32,782 nucleotides of DNA. Origin: an uncultured Rhizobiaceae bacterium. Its GTDB lineage: Bacteria > Pseudomonadota > Alphaproteobacteria > UBA828. Each line of letters begins with the position of its first letter. Positions within the stretch are counted from its first letter, which is position 1. The translations under genes and the position numbers were made by a program. Under the pieces are notes generated by a model that was not told the DNA's origin, made no database searches, and worked only from the letters and a program-made list of their open reading frames with translations. Below, in pieces: positions 7,558-15,675 of the stretch. The DNA lies in contig CAZUVO010000001.1 of the NCBI GenBank assembly GCA_964623955.1, positions 1-32,782 on the forward strand, read 5' to 3'.

Positions 7558-9352
7558 GACCAAACGCGAAACCCGCAGCCCGCCGGCCCCGCCGCCGGCC
7601 GCATCGGCGCGGGCGGAGCTTAAATATTCGGGATTGGGTGTCTCCGCCGGCATCGCCATCGGCCCGGCGCACGTCATGGAGCGCGGCCTGATCGATGTTC
7701 CCGAATATTGCGTGACCGATATCGAGGCGGAGCTCACGCGCTTCGACGAAGCTGTGCAGTTCTCGATCAAGCAGGTCGAGAAACTGCGCACCAAGGCATC
7801 GACCCTCTCCGAGGCGGCGGCGGAGGAGCTTAATTATCTGCTGGAGGCGCATCTCCAAATGCTCACCGGCTCGCGCCTGGTGCGCGGCGTCGAGGAGCGT
7901 ATCCGCGTTGATAAGCTCAATGCCGAGGCGGCGGTGCAAGCCGAGCTCTCCGAAATCGCCCACGCCTTTGCGGAGATGGAGGATTCCTATCTCGCCGGCA
8001 AGATCCAGGACGTGCGCGAGGTGAGCGCGCGCCTCGTGCGCAATCTTACCAAGGCGGGTTATCAGGCCTTTTCCGGCTTGGCGCCGGGCTCGATCATCAT
8101 CGCCGAGGAAATCACCCCGGCGGACACGGCGCTGATGGACCCCGCCATCGTCGGCGGCTTCGCGTCGGCCCTCGGCGGCGCGGAGGGCCATACCACGATC
8201 ATGGCGCGCTCTCTCGGCCTGCCCGCCGTGCTCGGCGTGCCCAGCCTGGTGAACCAGGTGCGCCCCGGCGATTTGGTCGTGGTCGACGGCGTGCGCGGCA
8301 CGGTGGTGGTCAATCCGAGCGACGCGACCATCGCCCGCTTCGAGCGCCGCCGCGAGGCTCTCGCCCGGCGCCAGCGCCAGCTCGAACGCCTCCGCAGCGT
8401 GCCCGCCACGACCCGGGACGAGGTGCGCATTTCGCTGCAATGCAATCTGGAGCTTCCCTATGAGCTCGCCCTGGCACAGCAAGTGGGCGCCGAGGGGGTC
8501 GGCCTGTTGCGCAGCGAATTCCTCTATATGAACCGCGACACCCTGCCGAGCGAAGACGAGCAATATGTCGCCTTCAAGGAAATCGTCGAAGGCATGGAGG
8601 GCCATCCGGTGACGGTGCGCACCCTAGATGTCGGCAGCGACAAGCTGGCCTATTCCCTGGGCGAACATATCAGCCCGAGCGCCAATCCCGCCCTCGGCTT
8701 GCGCGCGATTCGCCTGTCGCTCAAGGTGCGCAAGCTGCTCGAGACCCAGCTCGCCGCCATGCTGCGCGCGAGCGCCCATGGCAAGCTCCGCATCCTGTTG
8801 CCGATGATCAATTCGGCGGGCGAGATCAAGCGCGTCCAGGAGGCGATGGACAAGGTCGTGCGCCGCCTTGAGCGCAAGCGCGTCGCCATGTCCGACCCGC
8901 TGCCCGAGCTTGGCATCATGATCGAGACGCCCGGCGCCGCGCTCGCCGCCGACAGCCTGGCCAAGGTGAGCGATTATTTTTCCATCGGCACCAATGATCT
9001 CACCATGTACACCCTTGCCGCCGACCGCGGCGACGAACAGGTCGCCCATCTCTATGATCCGCTGCACCCGGCCGTGCTGCGGCTCATTAAGTTCGCCGCC
9101 GAGGCCGCCCGCAGCGCTGGCATCCCGGTCAATATTTGCGGCGAGATGGCGGGCGAGCCGCGCCTGACCGCGTTGCTTCTCGGGTTGGGCTTGCGCGATC
9201 TCTCGATGGCGGCGCCCAATCTGCCGCGCGTCAAGCAGCGCATTTTGGGCCTCGATATCGGCGACGCCGAAAAGCGCGCCGGACAGATCATGGAGCAGAC
9301 CGATTCCGGCGTCATCGCCACCCTGATCGACGATTTCAACGCGCTCGACTAG
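7547..9352 (+). CDS. ptsI: PEP-protein phosphotransferase Enzyme I (no GAF domain)
   Basis: [15 protein letters not shown] (phospho-His), [37 protein letters not shown]. At 601 aa there is no room for an N-terminal GAF domain. Confidence 0.95.
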   Translation: MKTETKRETRSPPAPPPAASARAELKYSGLGVSAGIAIGPAHVMERGLIDVPEYCVTDIEAELTRFDEAVQFSIKQVEKLRTKASTLSEAAAEELNYLLEAHLQMLTGSRLVRGVEERIRVDKLNAEAAVQAELSEIAHAFAEMEDSYLAGKIQDVREVSARLVRNLTKAGYQAFSGLAPGSIIIAEEITPADTALMDPAIVGGFASALGGAEGHTTIMARSLGLPAVLGVPSLVNQVRPGDLVVVDGVRGTVVVNPSDATIARFERRREALARRQRQLERLRSVPATTRDEVRISLQCNLELPYELALAQQVGAEGVGLLRSEFLYMNRDTLPSEDEQYVAFKEIVEGMEGHPVTVRTLDVGSDKLAYSLGEHISPSANPALGLRAIRLSLKVRKLLETQLAAMLRASAHGKLRILLPMINSAGEIKRVQEAMDKVVRRLERKRVAMSDPLPELGIMIETPGAALAADSLAKVSDYFSIGTNDLTMYTLAADRGDEQVAHLYDPLHPAVLRLIKFAAEAARSAGIPVNICGEMAGEPRLTALLLGLGLRDLSMAAPNLPRVKQRILGLDIGDAEKRAGQIMEQTDSGVIATLIDDFNALD

Positions 9353-9357
9353 CTCGG

Positions 9358-9386
9358 TTGTGCGCCGCGTGCGGCGGTGTTACAAG
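9358..9386 (+). promoter_or_regulatory. Possible promoter for ahcY
   Basis: TTGTGC - 17 nt - TACAAG, a -10 lacking T-7 as is common in alphaproteobacteria. Confidence 0.3.
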
Positions 9387-9435
9387 GCCGCTCCGCAAAT
9401 CCAATTCACCCGCCAGTCAAACCGGAGAATCATCC

Positions 9436-10731
9436 ATGTCGGACGCCACCGATTACAAGGTCCAGGACATTTCGCTCGCCGATTGGGGACGCAAGGAGAT
9501 CGCCATTGCCGAAACCGAAATGCCCGGCTTGATGTCGCTGCGCGACGAGTTGGGCGCCGATGCGCCGCTCGCCGGCGCGCGCATCCTCGGCTGTCTGCAC
9601 ATGACCATCCAGACCGCGGTGCTGATCGAAACCCTGCAGGCGCTCGGCGCCACCGTGCGCTGGTCAAGCTGCAACATCTTCTCGACCCAGGATCAGGCGG
9701 CGGCGGCCATTGCCGTCACCGGCACGCCGGTATTTGCCTGGAAGGGCGAGACGGAAGAAGAATATGAATGGTGCATCCAGCAGACCATCGAGGCGCCCGG
9801 CGATTGGCAGGCCAACATGATCCTCGACGATGGCGGCGATCTGACCAAGATCATGCACGACAGCTATCCCGACCAGATGGCGGCCGTCAAAGGCATTTCC
9901 GAGGAAACCACCACCGGGGTCTTGCGCCTCTATGAGATGGAAAAGGCCGGCACCCTCAAAGTGCCCGCGATCAACGTCAATGATTCCGTGACCAAATCAA
10001 AATTCGACAATCTCTATGGTTGCCGCGAAAGCCTGGTGGACGGCATCAAGCGGGCGACCGATGTGATGCTCGCCGGCAAGATCGCGGTGGTGAACGGCTA
10101 CGGCGATGTCGGCAAGGGCTGTGCCGTGTCACTCCGCGGCCAGGGCGCGCGCGTGCTGGTGACCGAGATCGATCCGATCTGCGCGCTGCAGGCCTCGATG
10201 GAAGGCTATGAGGTGACGACGATGGACGAGGCTGCATCCCAGGGCGATGTGTTCGTCACCGCGACCGGCAATCTCGATGTCATCACCCTCGATCACATGC
10301 GCCAGATGAAGGACCGCGCCATCGTCTGCGATATCGGCCATTTCGATTCGGAAATTCAAATCGGCGCGCTGCAGAATTACCCGTGGCACGAGGTCAAGCC
10401 GCAGGTCGACGAGGTAGAATTTCCCGACGGCAAGCGCCTGATTGTGCTCGCCAAGGGCCGGCTGGTGAATCTCGGCTGCGCCACCGGCCATCCGAGCTTC
10501 GTCATGAGCACCTCATTCTCCAACCAAGTGCTGGCGCAGATCGAGCTGTGGCGAAACGGCGAATCCTACGACAACAAGGTCTACACCCTGCCCAAGCATC
10601 TCGATGAAAAGGTCGCGGCGCTCCATTTGGAGAAGCTCGGCGTCAAGCTCACCAAATTAAGCGCCGAACAGGCCGATTATATCGGCGTGACCCAGGAAGG
10701 CCCGTTCAAGCCGGACCATTACCGTTACTAA
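9436..10731 (+). CDS. ahcY: Adenosylhomocysteinase (431 aa)
   Basis: GGAG SD; [47 protein letters not shown]-terminal KPDHYRY. Confidence 0.98.
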   Translation: MSDATDYKVQDISLADWGRKEIAIAETEMPGLMSLRDELGADAPLAGARILGCLHMTIQTAVLIETLQALGATVRWSSCNIFSTQDQAAAAIAVTGTPVFAWKGETEEEYEWCIQQTIEAPGDWQANMILDDGGDLTKIMHDSYPDQMAAVKGISEETTTGVLRLYEMEKAGTLKVPAINVNDSVTKSKFDNLYGCRESLVDGIKRATDVMLAGKIAVVNGYGDVGKGCAVSLRGQGARVLVTEIDPICALQASMEGYEVTTMDEAASQGDVFVTATGNLDVITLDHMRQMKDRAIVCDIGHFDSEIQIGALQNYPWHEVKPQVDEVEFPDGKRLIVLAKGRLVNLGCATGHPSFVMSTSFSNQVLAQIELWRNGESYDNKVYTLPKHLDEKVAALHLEKLGVKLTKLSAEQADYIGVTQEGPFKPDHYRY

Positions 10732-10874
10732 TCGCCGGCTTCCGCGGCCGTATCGTCCGTGTGGTCCGCAGCGCGCGGGTCGAACATAAGTTTGCGCGCG
10801 CAATAGACGATCAACAGGCCGACGATACCGGTCGCCAGCATGATCAGCAGCGGCAGTGCGAGATCCCAAGCCAT
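10728..10874 (-). CDS. Small single-pass membrane protein (48 aa), unknown function
   Basis: Strong SD GAGGAG before ATG 10874. [32 protein letters not shown]... has a hydrophobic stretch, basic RK and an acidic tail. Its stop overlaps the ahcY stop. Confidence 0.6.
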   Translation of the reverse strand: MAWDLALPLLIMLATGIVGLLIVYCARKLMFDPRAADHTDDTAAEAGD

Positions 10875-10972
10875 ATTTTCACTCCTCGAATCGTTAAGGA
10901 CAGCGAATCCGGCGGCGCTTCGATGCCGCGCCACCAATAGTGCCATTCCAGCCGATTGACGCCTTGGCCGCC

Positions 10973-10986
10973 TTGAGCCAGATCAA
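10973..10986. promoter_or_regulatory. FNR/FixK-like box
   Basis: TTGAG-CCAG-ATCAA, a 9/10 match to TTGAT-N4-ATCAA, in the divergent intergenic region. Confidence 0.45.
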
Positions 10987-11003
10987 AGCGCGGACGCGAT
11001 CCC

Positions 11004-11032
11004 TTGTTTGGCGGCTCAATGGCCCCTAACAT
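11004..11032 (+). promoter_or_regulatory. Putative sigma-70 promoter for divL
   Basis: TTGTTT (11004-11009) - 17 nt - TAACAT (11027-11032), ending 9 nt before ATG 11042. Confidence 0.4.
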
Positions 11033-11041
11033 TCTCAACCA

Positions 11042-13447
11042 ATGACAGTTCATGGAGCTTTCAGCGCCCTGCGCCGCGCAATGGTTGGGGTAATATTTCT
11101 CTCCACTGCCTTGGCCGCGAAGAGCGCGTTGGCTGCCTGGCAAGGTGACGATGCGGCGCTGGTCGGTGTGGGAATCGTTGCCTTACTGGCGGTAGCGGCG
11201 GCGGTCCACCTGCGCGTCGGCCTGTTGCACGAGCGCGCCAAGGGGGAAATGCTGCAAGCCACCGCGCTCGGCTCGCGGCGCAAGCTCGAAGCCGAGCTCA
11301 AAGCTGCCGGAATCCACGTGTTTGACGTGCAAAACAAGGATTCGGCGGGGCAAGAGAGCACCCTGGAGGCGATCTCGGAAATCCTGGCCGCAGAGGATTG
11401 CCGGCGAATTCGCGATGTCCTCGGCGATTTGTCGCCCGACGGCAAGGCGCTTGCGATGCGTTGCGCCGGGCGAATTGAAGGCGAGAGCTATCATCTCAAC
11501 GGCTTTGCCGCCGCCGACGGCGAAATCACCCTGATCTTGCGCAACGCCACGGAGGAAACCGCCCAATCCATTGATTTAAGTTCGGAAATCGAACATTTGC
11601 GGACGCTTTTCGATGCCCTTGAGATGCCGATTTGGCAGCGCGCCGCCGATCTCGGCCTGACCTGGTGCAACAGATCCTATGCCCGCCATGTCGATTCATC
11701 GCCGCGCCGGGTCGTCCGCGAACATGGGCCCGAATTGATCTCCGGCGTGCCCCAGGAAGAGGCCCGCGCTCTGGCCAATGCCGCGGTCGAGACAAAGAAA
11801 GAAAATCGCGAGCGCCATCATGTCGTTGTCGGCGGCGAGCGCCGTTTCCTCGAAATCGTCGAGACGCCGCTCGCCAATGGCGGCGGCACCGCCGGCTGGG
11901 CGCATGATATCAGCGATCTCGAACAGGCCGAATCCGACCTCAATCGCCATATCGAGGCTCATGCCCAGGTCCTGCAGTCGCTCAATACCTCGATTGCCAT
12001 TTATGCCCCGGATACGCGCCTGACATTTTTCAACAGCGAGTTCGTCAAGCTGTTCAAGCTTGAGGAAGGATGGCTCGCCGGCCAGCCCACCCTCTCGGAA
12101 GTGCTTGAGTCGCAACGCGAGATGGGCCGCCTGCCCGAGCAGGCCGATTGGCGGCAATATAAAGCGCGCATGAACGACATGTTCACCAGCATCACCGAGC
12201 CCGAAGAGGAACTGCTGCATCTGGCGGACGGCGCGACGATCCGCCATATCGTTTTGCCGCATCCGTTCGGCGGCCTGCAATTCATGTCGCAGGATGTCAC
12301 CGATAGGTACACGTTGGAGCGCGACTATAGCCGCCTCACTGCGGTGCAGCGCGCCACCCTCGACAATCTGTTCGAGGCGGTCGCCGTGTTCGGCGCCGAT
12401 GGCCGGCTGCAATTGTCCAACCCGGGATACGCGACCCTGTGGGAGCTTGATCAGGGGCAGTTGGACGGCAAGCCGCATATCGCCGAAATCACCGAATGGT
12501 CGCGCAAGCTGATCGATGACGGCGAGGATTGGGAGAATTACAAGACCCACCATATTGCGCGCATCTCCGAGCGCGCCCGCTCGACCATGCGCCTCGAGCG
12601 GCGCGACGAGAAAGTGCTCGACTGTACCTATGTGCCGCTGCCGGACGGCGCGACGCTGATCACCTATCTCGATATCACCGACAGCTTCCAGGTCGAGCGC
12701 GCGCTCCGCGACCGCGCCCAGGCGCTGGAGGCGACCGACCGGCTCAAATCCGAGTTTATCGCCAATGTGTCCTACGAGCTGCGCACGCCTCTGAACACGG
12801 TTATCGGCTTCACCGAAATTCTCGCCAACCAATATTTCGGCCAGCTCAACGAGCGCCAGCAGGAATATGTTTCGGGCATCCTGCAGTCCTCGCAGCAATT
12901 GCTGTCGCTGATCAACAACATCCTCGATCTCGCCACCATCGAGGCCGGCCTCATGGTGCTCGAGGTCGAATCGATCGATGTTCATGCCACGCTGATGAAC
13001 ATGCTCAACCTCATTCAGGAGCGCGTCCGCGCCAAACAGCTTCAGGTTTCGTTCGAATGCTCCCGGGAAATCGGCCGTATCGAGGCGGATGAGCGGCGGC
13101 TCAAGCAGATCGTTTTCAATCTCCTCAACAACGCCATCAAATACACCCCGGCCAACGGGTCCATCAACCTCGGCGCCAAGATCGAAGGCTCCGATTTGCG
13201 CGTCTGGGTCGCCGATTCCGGCGTCGGCATCCCGCAGGAGGAACAAGGCCAAGTGTTCGAGCGTTTCTGGCAGGCGGACAATCCCCTGGCGCGCCAGGGC
13301 GGCACCGGGCTCGGCCTGTCGCTGGTCAAGAATTTCGTCGAGCTGCATGGCGGCAGCGTGATCCTCGATTCGACGCTCGACAAGGGCACCACGGTGACCT
13401 GCGTGTTCCCGATCAAACATCAGGCACAACAAGAGGTCGCGGTTTAA
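11042..13447 (+). CDS. divL: DivL-like multi-PAS sensor pseudokinase (Tyr replaces the phosphoacceptor His)
   Basis: N-terminal hydrophobic segments and several PAS-like repeats; H-box NVSYELRTPL; HATPase N/G1/G2 boxes (NLLNNAIKYT, DSGVGI, GGTGLGL); ahcY-divL-tsaE synteny. Confidence 0.88.
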   Translation: MTVHGAFSALRRAMVGVIFLSTALAAKSALAAWQGDDAALVGVGIVALLAVAAAVHLRVGLLHERAKGEMLQATALGSRRKLEAELKAAGIHVFDVQNKDSAGQESTLEAISEILAAEDCRRIRDVLGDLSPDGKALAMRCAGRIEGESYHLNGFAAADGEITLILRNATEETAQSIDLSSEIEHLRTLFDALEMPIWQRAADLGLTWCNRSYARHVDSSPRRVVREHGPELISGVPQEEARALANAAVETKKENRERHHVVVGGERRFLEIVETPLANGGGTAGWAHDISDLEQAESDLNRHIEAHAQVLQSLNTSIAIYAPDTRLTFFNSEFVKLFKLEEGWLAGQPTLSEVLESQREMGRLPEQADWRQYKARMNDMFTSITEPEEELLHLADGATIRHIVLPHPFGGLQFMSQDVTDRYTLERDYSRLTAVQRATLDNLFEAVAVFGADGRLQLSNPGYATLWELDQGQLDGKPHIAEITEWSRKLIDDGEDWENYKTHHIARISERARSTMRLERRDEKVLDCTYVPLPDGATLITYLDITDSFQVERALRDRAQALEATDRLKSEFIANVSYELRTPLNTVIGFTEILANQYFGQLNERQQEYVSGILQSSQQLLSLINNILDLATIEAGLMVLEVESIDVHATLMNMLNLIQERVRAKQLQVSFECSREIGRIEADERRLKQIVFNLLNNAIKYTPANGSINLGAKIEGSDLRVWVADSGVGIPQEEQGQVFERFWQADNPLARQGGTGLGLSLVKNFVELHGGSVILDSTLDKGTTVTCVFPIKHQAQQEVAV

Positions 13448-13488
13448 ACGCGCTAACGGCTTTCCGCCGCAATGCGGTAAGTTGAGCG

Positions 13489-13980
13489 ATGCCGCCCCAT
13501 GACGAGTCGCAACCCGCTCAGCTAACCCTCAGCAATCTGCCCGCCACCGATGCCCTCGCGGCGCGTTTGGCGGCGCTCGCCGTGGCGGGGGATATCATCG
13601 GCCTCGCCGGCGAGCTCGGCGCCGGCAAGACGACCTTTGCGCGCGCCTTCATCCGCGCCCGGCTCGGCGAGACCGAAGTGCCGAGCCCGACCTTCACCCT
13701 GGTGCAAACCTATGAAAACGGCGGCGCGCCGATCTGGCATTTCGATCTCTACCGCCTGCAGAATTCGGAGGAAGTCTTCGAGCTCGGCATCGAAGAGGCG
13801 TTCGAGACGGCGATCTCGCTCATCGAATGGCCGGAAAAAATGATCGGCAACGCGCCGCCGGATTGGCTGGAGCTGCGCCTCGACCCTGGCGATGGCGAAG
13901 AGGCCCGGCGCGCCACCCTCACGCCGCATGGGCCGCGCGCGGCGAACCTGGTGGCGCGCCTGATGGCGGGCGATGGCTGA
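13489..13980 (+). CDS. tsaE: tRNA t6A biosynthesis ATPase TsaE
   Basis: GELGAGKTTF, VPSPTFTLVQTY, HFDLYRL, LIEWP. Confidence 0.97.
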   Translation: MPPHDESQPAQLTLSNLPATDALAARLAALAVAGDIIGLAGELGAGKTTFARAFIRARLGETEVPSPTFTLVQTYENGGAPIWHFDLYRLQNSEEVFELGIEEAFETAISLIEWPEKMIGNAPPDWLELRLDPGDGEEARRATLTPHGPRAANLVARLMAGDG

Positions 13981-14947
13981 GCGCGGCGCTGAGATCGAGC
14001 GCTTTCTCGCCGCCCAAGGCTGGACCGATGCGGCGCGGACGGCGCTCGCCGGCGATGCCTCCGCGCGGCAATATTTTCGCCTGCGCCGCGGTTCCGAAAG
14101 CGCCGTGCTGATGGATTCGGCGCATGAAGATATCGCGCCCTTCCGCCGCGCCGCCCGGCGCCTGGCGGAACTCGGCCTGAGCGCGCCCGAAATTTTCGCC
14201 GAGGACGCCGCCCACCGCCTGCTGTTGGAGGAGGATCTCGGCGATCTCACTTTCACCAATTGTCTCGACGAAGGCGCCGGCCCCGACGCGGCGATCCTTT
14301 ATGGCGCGGCGGTCGATATCCTGGTGGCGCTCGGCGAGGCGCCGGTGGCGGACGATTTCCCGGTGATGGACGAGGACTATCTCGCCCGGGAAATACGCCT
14401 CTTCGCCGAATGGTGGCCACCGGAGGGCGGTGACCTTGCACCGGAGGCGGAGAGCTGGGTCGAAAGCTGGCGCGAAGCCCATGGGTTCGCGCTCGAAGCC
14501 CCAACATGTCTCGCGTTGCGCGATTTTCACGCCGCCAATCTGATGTGGCTGGCGGAGCGCGACGGCATCGCCCGAGTCGGCCTGCTCGATTTTCAGGACG
14601 CCGTCATCGCGCCGCTGCCCTACGATCTCGTCTCACTTCTCAAGGATGTGCGGCGCGACGTACCGGACGGGTTGGCAGCCGACATGGTCGCGCGCTTTAT
14701 CGCCGCCTTTCCCGCGCTCGACGCCGAGGCGTTTCACGCCGCCTATGCCATCCTCGGCGCGCACCGTAATCTCCGTATCGCAGGGATCTTTTCGCGCCTC
14801 GCCCGGCGCGACGGCAAGCCGGGCTATCTCGAATTTCTGCCCCGCGTCTGGCGCCATATCGAAGCCGATCTCGCCCATCCGGCCCTCGCGCCGGTCGGCG
14901 ACTGGCTGGACCGCCATTTGCCGGAACGGGGGAGGGGCGCTCCATGA
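13973..14947 (+). CDS. amgK: N-acetylmuramate/N-acetylglucosamine kinase (APH family)
   Basis: LAGDASAR.YFR, EEDLGD, RDFHAANL, LDFQDA, YDLVSLL; lies directly upstream of murU. Confidence 0.88.
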   Translation: MAERGAEIERFLAAQGWTDAARTALAGDASARQYFRLRRGSESAVLMDSAHEDIAPFRRAARRLAELGLSAPEIFAEDAAHRLLLEEDLGDLTFTNCLDEGAGPDAAILYGAAVDILVALGEAPVADDFPVMDEDYLAREIRLFAEWWPPEGGDLAPEAESWVESWREAHGFALEAPTCLALRDFHAANLMWLAERDGIARVGLLDFQDAVIAPLPYDLVSLLKDVRRDVPDGLAADMVARFIAAFPALDAEAFHAAYAILGAHRNLRIAGIFSRLARRDGKPGYLEFLPRVWRHIEADLAHPALAPVGDWLDRHLPERGRGAP

Positions 14948-15675
14948 GCGGCGCCATGCCGAGCCATGCCATGGTGCTTGCCGCCGGCCTCGGCAAGCGC
15001 ATGCGTGCCGCCGATCCCGGATTGCCCAAGCCGCTCATGCCGTGTGCCGGCAAGCCGCTCATTGACCATGCCCTCGACCGGCTCGCCGATGCCGGCGTGC
15101 GTTCGGTGGTGGTCAACAGCCATTACCTCGCCGACCTGCTGACGGCCCATGTGACGGGTTATGCCGCACGCCGCCCGGAACTCACGATCCGCATGTCGCC
15201 GGAAGAAACCCTGCTCGATACCGGCGGCGGCGTGGCCCAGGCCTTGCCCTATCTCGGCGGTGCGGCGTTTTTCGTGCAGAACAGCGATACGGTTATCGAG
15301 GACGGTGCCCGGGCCTTGGCCCGGCTCGCCGCAGCTTGGGACGAGACGCGCATGGACGCGCTGCTCCTCCTGTGCCCGAAGGCGCGCGCGGTCGGCCATG
15401 CCGGCGGCGGCGATTTCCGCCTCGGCGCGGATGGCCGACCGGAGCGCGCCCATGGCGCGGCGGACGCGCATATCTTCTGCGGCGTGCAAATGCTCCATCC
15501 GCGCCTGTTCCGGGACGCCCCCGCCGGCCCCTATTCGCTCAACCGTCATTATGACGAAGCCGCCGGCAGCGGGCGGCTCTTCGCCGTCGAGCATGACAGT
15601 TGGTGGTATCACGTCGGCACGCCCGAAGCCCTCGCCGAAGCCGAACGGCGGCTCGCGTCGGAGGCGGGCGGGTGA
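14944..15675 (+). CDS. murU: N-acetylmuramate alpha-1-phosphate uridylyltransferase
   Basis: AMVLAAGLGKRMR, PKPL, LLDTGGG, NSD, WYHVGTPE; coupled to amgK. Confidence 0.88.
   Translation: MSGAMPSHAMVLAAGLGKRMRAADPGLPKPLMPCAGKPLIDHALDRLADAGVRSVVVNSHYLADLLTAHVTGYAARRPELTIRMSPEETLLDTGGGVAQALPYLGGAAFFVQNSDTVIEDGARALARLAAAWDETRMDALLLLCPKARAVGHAGGGDFRLGADGRPERAHGAADAHIFCGVQMLHPRLFRDAPAGPYSLNRHYDEAAGSGRLFAVEHDSWWYHVGTPEALAEAERRLASEAGG

Noticed and set aside
7547-9352. Calling this Enzyme I the nitrogen-related PtsP
   Set aside because: There is no N-terminal GAF domain and the length fits classical Enzyme I.
9353-9435. SAH riboswitch upstream of ahcY
   Set aside because: The gap is only ~80 nt and lacks the GAGGAGCGCUGC / CAGGCUC core as I recall it for that riboswitch.
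13443-13457. CtrA box after divL (TTTAAACGCGCTAAC)
   Set aside because: Half-site spacing does not fit TTAA-N7-TTAA.
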